In this document: piece after piece, positions 7,656 through 12,013 of the stretch
Position numbering within the stretch: the stretch's first letter is position 1
Layout of the letters: each line of letters opens with the position of its first letter
Assembly (NCBI GenBank): GCA_046861655.1
Contig: JBHIAI010000052.1
Coordinates: forward strand, 1 to 12,013
DNA length: 12,013 nt
From: Fidelibacterota bacterium
GTDB taxonomy: Bacteria > Fidelibacterota > Marinisomatia > Marinisomatales > S15-B10
Direction of reading: 5' to 3'
Notes under the pieces: model-generated
The model's database searches: none
Told to the model about the DNA's origin: nothing
What the model saw: the letters and a program-made list of their open reading frames with translations, nothing else
Made by a program: the position numbers and the translations under genes

Positions 7656-8989
7656 TAGCGCCGCACAAGGGGATTATGGTGCTGACGGGATTCATGCTTG
7701 TGTCCTGCGATACCCCCTTTACCCCCCGGCCATCTGAGAACGAAGCCTTGTTCAGACTGGAGGCCACCTACACAGGCGAATCCCGGCTGATTCACAAGAT
7801 TCCCGTTACTCTTACTTGGTCGGAGGTCCCCATAGAGGATTTTTCAGGGTACAAGATCTACCGGGCTGTGATGGAGGAGGGTGTGGAAATATGGGAGCAG
7901 AGGTCGGAAATCTCCAATCCCTTGCAGGTCTCCTACGTGGACACGATTGATGATGACCGGACATTCCGCTACCGGGTCCGGATTGAGGATGCAGAGGGGA
8001 ACTTCCGGGCTGCGGAAACGGATCCCCTGGTGTTTTCCACCACCCATCTGGTGATTCCGGATGACATGGAATCCATTCAGGAAGCCTACGATTCCCCATT
8101 CATGGATTCCGGTGATACCCTGTGGGTGGGTCCCGGCACCTATGGCGACGACTACCGGTTCATGGACAAGGACGTTGTGATCCAGAGCACCCACGGGAGA
8201 GACGAGACCGTTCTGGAGCGGGGAGGGACGGTGGTGACCATGGGACAGGGCACGATGAAGGGGTTTACGGTGAGAAGAGGACGGGTATTCCTGTCGGGTT
8301 CAGCCATCCTGGATGACTGCGTGATCACAGGGGTTCGGGTGGCAGGCGACCCCTCCCCTGTCACGGTCACAGACTACGCGGAGATTCGGAACTGTCTGGT
8401 CACCGGCAATGAGATAACCAATCTGATGGGTATGGGCGGAGACGGAGGCGGCATGACGGTTCAGGACTTCGCAACGGTGAGGAACTGCAGGATTGCGCAC
8501 AACCGGACTACGGAAAGGGGAGGTGGTCTGTCTGTTTCCGGTCAGCCAACCATCACCAATACCATCATGGATCACAATTATGCCGCCAAGGGCGGAGGAG
8601 GAATCCTGGTGAATTCTCCTTCGCTGCCTACGTTGATCAACTGCGTGGTGTATGCCAATCGTTCGGGACTGATGAACGGAAACCGGGGAGGTGTGTTTCT
8701 TGAGAAGGGATCCGTTCCCATACGAAACTCCATCCTATGGAACAATTCGGGAGATCATCCTTGGTGGACGTGGTCAGCCGCCACCTACAGTGACATCCAG
8801 GGGCATTCCGGGGGAACAGGAAACATAAATCTTGCCCCCCGTTTTGTGGACCCGAAGGGGGGAGATTTTCATCTATCGCCTGATTCACCCTGCGTGGATG
8901 CGGGTCATCCCGGGGACGACTACAGGGATGTTGATGGTTCGAGGAACGACATGGGAGCCCACGGCGGGCCCCTGGGTCAGTGGCCGTAG
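7652..8989 (+). CDS. Predicted lipoprotein with an FN3-like domain and a right-handed parallel beta-helix (pectin lyase-like) domain
   Basis: TTG start overlapping the receptor TGA, with GGAG at 7641-7644. Lipobox LVSC (Cys19). FN3-like LTWS..FSGYKIYR..YVD..YRVR. Beta-helix cap IPDDMESIQEA..GDTLWVGPGTY, repeated (I/V)RNC.(I/V)..N...GGG units, and C-terminal PRFVD..GDFHL..SPCVDAG..DGSRNDMGA. Confidence 0.85.
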   Translation: MIAPHKGIMVLTGFMLVSCDTPFTPRPSENEALFRLEATYTGESRLIHKIPVTLTWSEVPIEDFSGYKIYRAVMEEGVEIWEQRSEISNPLQVSYVDTIDDDRTFRYRVRIEDAEGNFRAAETDPLVFSTTHLVIPDDMESIQEAYDSPFMDSGDTLWVGPGTYGDDYRFMDKDVVIQSTHGRDETVLERGGTVVTMGQGTMKGFTVRRGRVFLSGSAILDDCVITGVRVAGDPSPVTVTDYAEIRNCLVTGNEITNLMGMGGDGGGMTVQDFATVRNCRIAHNRTTERGGGLSVSGQPTITNTIMDHNYAAKGGGGILVNSPSLPTLINCVVYANRSGLMNGNRGGVFLEKGSVPIRNSILWNNSGDHPWWTWSAATYSDIQGHSGGTGNINLAPRFVDPKGGDFHLSPDSPCVDAGHPGDDYRDVDGSRNDMGAHGGPLGQWP

Positions 8990-9036
8990 CCGTTTCACGG
9001 GGCGGATCGGAGATCAACAGAAATTGGAGAGATACC

Positions 9037-11730
9037 ATGATGGATGGTAATCTGGGCAGTGAGGACTCGAATCAACCTGTCGCGGCGGATTCTGATACCC
9101 AGGAAACAGAGGAATGGATAGAGTCGCTGGATGACATCGTTCACCACAAGGGGCTTGGCCGGGGACATTTTATCCTTCACAGGCTGATTGAACGTGCCCA
9201 CGAGTTGGGTATCCGTCTTCCCTTCAACGCCAATACGCCGTATGTGAACACCATTCCCCTCTCTGGGCAGCCCTCATATCCCGGTGATCGTCAACTGGAG
9301 CGGCGGATCAAGAGCATAAACCGTTGGAATGCCACCGCCCTGGTGGTGAGGGCTAACCGGATGGTGGAAGGGATCGGCGGCCATATTTCAACCTTTCAGT
9401 CCGCGGCCACCCTGTATCAGGTGGGGTTCAATCATTTTTTCCGTGCCAGCAGCGGAGAGCTTGGCGGGGATCAAATCTACTTTCAGGGTCACGCTTCCCC
9501 GGGGATTTATGCCCAGGCTTTTCTGGAAAGACGCCTTTCCATCACTCAGATGGAGAACTTCCGGCGGGAATTGGAGAATGGAGGAGGGCTGTCCTCCTAT
9601 CCCCATCCCTGGTTGATGCCAGATTTCTGGGAATTCCCTACGGTCTCCATGGGATTGTCCCCCATCATGGGAATCTATCAGGCCCGGTTCAACCATTACC
9701 TTCGTGACCGGGGTATCAAGGATACGGAGGGAACGAGGGTGTGGGCATTTCTGGGTGACGGTGAACTGGATGAGCCGGAAGCCCTGGGTGCCATCACCCT
9801 GGCCTCAAGGGAAAAGTTGAATAACCTCATCTTTGTGGTGAATTGCAATCTGCAGCGACTGGACGGTCCTGTGCGGGGGAATGGAAAGATCATCCAGGAG
9901 CTGGAAACGGTGTTTCGTGGGGCAGGATGGAACGTGATTAAGGTCATTTGGGGGGAAGATTGGGATCCTCTGATTGAAAGGGATACCACAGGACTCCTGG
10001 TCCAGCGGATGAATGAAGCGGTGGACGGGGACTATCAAAAGTATGTGGTGGAACCAGGAGCCTACTTCCGCGAGCATTTTTTCGGCAAGTATCCTGAGCT
10101 TTTGGAGTTGGTGAAGGATATTCCTGATGACAAGTTGAAGAGACTCCGCCGGGGCGGTCACGATCCTGAGAAAGTCTACGCAGGTTACGCGCGAGCCGTG
10201 GAGACCGAAGACCGGCCCACGGTGATCCTGGCCAAGACCATCAAAGGATACGGGTTGGGTGAAGCGGGGGAAGGAAAAAACATCACCCACCAGCAGAAGA
10301 AGCTGAACGAGGAGGAGCTTCGACTGTTCCGCGACAGATTTGAGATTCCAGTAACGGACGAAGGGATTAAGGAAGCCCCCTTCTACCGACCTCCTGAAGA
10401 CAGTGAGGAAGTGCAGTACCTCCTGGAACGACGGCGGGCCCTGGGAGGGTTTGTTCCCGAGAGGAAAATCCTGGTGAACGGTGTGGACGTGCCGGGATCC
10501 AAGTTGTTTGAACCTTTCCACAAAGGGGGCGACCGGGACGTGTCCACCACGATGGCGTTCGTACGCATGCTGTCTATGATGCTCAAGGATGAGAGCATCG
10601 GGTCCAGAATTGTTCCCATCGTACCCGATGAAGCCCGAACCTTCGGTATGGAATCCCTCTTCCGGCAAGTGGGCATTTATTCTCATGCGGGTCAGGTGTA
10701 TGAACCGGTGGATGCCGATATGTTTCTGTATTACCGGGAGGCCACCGATGGCCAGATTCTGGAAGAGGGGATTACAGAAGCCGGTTCCATGTCCAGCTTT
10801 ATCGCGGCCGGGACTTCCCATACCGCTCATGGTGTGGATATGATACCGTTTCTTATCTTCTACTCCATGTTCGGGTTTCAGCGAATCGGCGATCTCATAT
10901 GGGCATCTGCGGACATGCGGAGCCGGGGATTTCTACTGGGAGCCACCTCCGGAAGAACGGCCCTGAACGGGGAGGGACTGCAGCATGCGGACGGTCACAG
11001 TCACCTTCTGGCTACGACGATTCCCAATCTCATCACCTACGATCCCGCTTTCGCCTACGAAATCGCGGTCATCATTCAGGATGGCCTGAAACGGATGTAT
11101 TCTGATCGAGAGGACATCTTTGTGTATATCACCCTTGCCAATGAGAACTACGCTATGCCTTCCATGTCCGGCGGAGTGGAGGAGGGTATCCTTAAAGGAC
11201 TGTACCGGTTCAAGAAGGGTCCCCGGAAACTTTCCCACAAGGCCCATGTCCTGGCCAGTGGCCCCCTGGTGATGGAAGCCCTCCGGGCCCAGGAGCATCT
11301 GGCCGAGAGATACGATGTATCCCTGGATGTGTGGAGTGCCACCAGTTACAAAACCCTGAGGCAGGATGCCCTTGATTGTGAACGGTGGAATCTCCTTCAT
11401 CCCGGGAGCAGGCCCAAAAGACCGTTTCTGACCCGCCTTTTTGAGAAGGAGACCGGTCCAGTAGTGGCCGTTTCTGACTACATGAAACTTGTCCCGGACC
11501 AAGTGGCCAGATGGGTTCCCGGAGGCCTGTTTTCCCTCGGAACGGACGGGTTTGGGCGAAGCGACAGTCGGCCTGCCCTCAGGCGGTTTTTCGAGGTGGA
11601 TGCCGAAACTATCTGTCTCGCTGTTCTCCACCAGCTGGCTCGCAGGGGTGACCTGGATTCCAAGGGTGTTGTCCAGGCCCTCAAGGACCTGAACATCGAT
11701 CCCAGTAAACCTAACCCCATAACCGCCTGA
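9037..11730 (+). CDS. aceE: Pyruvate dehydrogenase E1 component, homodimeric type
   Basis: ETEEWIESL, TPYVNTIP, GGHIS, FQGHASPGIY, LSSYPHP, FPTVSMGL, ThDP motif GDGELDE..NCNLQRLDGPV, PDEARTFGME, EEGITEAG, YSMFGFQR, GEGLQH and LGTDGFGRSD. Start placed at ATG 9037 (GGAG at 9026-9029) rather than GTG 8980. Confidence 0.97.
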   Translation: MMDGNLGSEDSNQPVAADSDTQETEEWIESLDDIVHHKGLGRGHFILHRLIERAHELGIRLPFNANTPYVNTIPLSGQPSYPGDRQLERRIKSINRWNATALVVRANRMVEGIGGHISTFQSAATLYQVGFNHFFRASSGELGGDQIYFQGHASPGIYAQAFLERRLSITQMENFRRELENGGGLSSYPHPWLMPDFWEFPTVSMGLSPIMGIYQARFNHYLRDRGIKDTEGTRVWAFLGDGELDEPEALGAITLASREKLNNLIFVVNCNLQRLDGPVRGNGKIIQELETVFRGAGWNVIKVIWGEDWDPLIERDTTGLLVQRMNEAVDGDYQKYVVEPGAYFREHFFGKYPELLELVKDIPDDKLKRLRRGGHDPEKVYAGYARAVETEDRPTVILAKTIKGYGLGEAGEGKNITHQQKKLNEEELRLFRDRFEIPVTDEGIKEAPFYRPPEDSEEVQYLLERRRALGGFVPERKILVNGVDVPGSKLFEPFHKGGDRDVSTTMAFVRMLSMMLKDESIGSRIVPIVPDEARTFGMESLFRQVGIYSHAGQVYEPVDADMFLYYREATDGQILEEGITEAGSMSSFIAAGTSHTAHGVDMIPFLIFYSMFGFQRIGDLIWASADMRSRGFLLGATSGRTALNGEGLQHADGHSHLLATTIPNLITYDPAFAYEIAVIIQDGLKRMYSDREDIFVYITLANENYAMPSMSGGVEEGILKGLYRFKKGPRKLSHKAHVLASGPLVMEALRAQEHLAERYDVSLDVWSATSYKTLRQDALDCERWNLLHPGSRPKRPFLTRLFEKETGPVVAVSDYMKLVPDQVARWVPGGLFSLGTDGFGRSDSRPALRRFFEVDAETICLAVLHQLARRGDLDSKGVVQALKDLNIDPSKPNPITA

Positions 11731-11828
11731 CAGTGAAAAATGCAAAATGGAAAGTGAAGAATTCAAAATCCTTGGGATGGAGACGTCCGCTGCTTTTACA
11801 CTTTTCATTTTTCAATTTGCAATTTGAA
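11731..11828. repeat. Heptamer tandem array with inverted copy (element 1, AT-rich); long imperfect hairpin, possibly a terminator or stabiliser for aceE
   Basis: Left arm 11731-11765: cagtgaa aaatgca aaatgga aagtgaa gaattca. Right arm 11794-11828: ttttaca cttttca tttttca atttgca atttgaa, whose reverse complement matches the left units. Begins immediately after the aceE TGA. Confidence 0.8.
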
Positions 11829-11832
11829 AGGA

Positions 11833-11994
11833 GCCGTGAGCCGTAATGCGTAATTCGTAATCCGTGATTCGTAATGCGTAACACGTAACGTGGTTCTTTT
11901 CTGCCTGCTGGTCCCTGCCCCTGCTTCCGACAACCGTGCCCGATTCCTGCGGCTCTCCAATACTCTAACCCGGTTACGCATTAGGAATTACGCA
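11833..11994. repeat. Heptamer tandem array with inverted copy (element 2, NNCGTRA)
   Basis: Left arm 11833-11888: gccgtga gccgtaa tgcgtaa ttcgtaa tccgtga ttcgtaa tgcgtaa cacgtaa (8 units). Right arm 11974-11994: ttacgca ttaggaa ttacgca (3 inverted units). Spacer 85 nt. Confidence 0.88.
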
Positions 11995-12013
11995 CTCCCC
12001 CTCAGTTTCCATT

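Noticed and set aside
8980..9036. aceE start at GTG 8980
   Set aside because: Overlaps the lipoprotein stop and lacks an RBS. ATG 9037 has GGAG at suitable spacing.
9805..11808. Long minus-strand ORFs (341 aa and 291 aa)
   Set aside because: Antisense shadows of aceE with no domain features.
11833..11994. CRISPR array or tRNA
   Set aside because: Units are 7 nt and contiguous with no repeat-spacer alternation, no cloverleaf and no cas genes.
11890..12013. Open plus-strand frame from GTG 11890 (VVLFCLLVPAPASDNRARF...) to the window end
   Set aside because: No RBS, no resemblance to an AceF lipoyl domain, and it runs through the inverted repeat arm; cannot be supported as a gene.

Overview
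Bacterial (diderm, moderately GC-rich) chromosomal window. Left edge: the 3' part of a P1B-type heavy-metal ATPase gene with an apparent large in-frame internal deletion, in which the phosphorylation motif (K)TGTLT sits directly next to the post-hinge IAMG segment. It is followed by an orphan Shine-Dalgarno/ATG. Converging on it is a tightly coupled minus-strand operon: CPBP (CAAX-type) intramembrane protease, mgtE, two paralogous membrane GT2 glycosyltransferases and a small membrane protein. Divergently transcribed are a TonB-dependent receptor, a coupled beta-helix lipoprotein and aceE (homodimeric pyruvate dehydrogenase E1). After aceE, where aceF is commonly found, lie two adjacent non-coding elements made of degenerate 7-nt tandem repeats with inverted copies. 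They share this architecture but have unrelated unit sequences. No rRNA, tRNA, CRISPR array or transposase was recognised. All calls come from reading motifs by eye; no searches were run.
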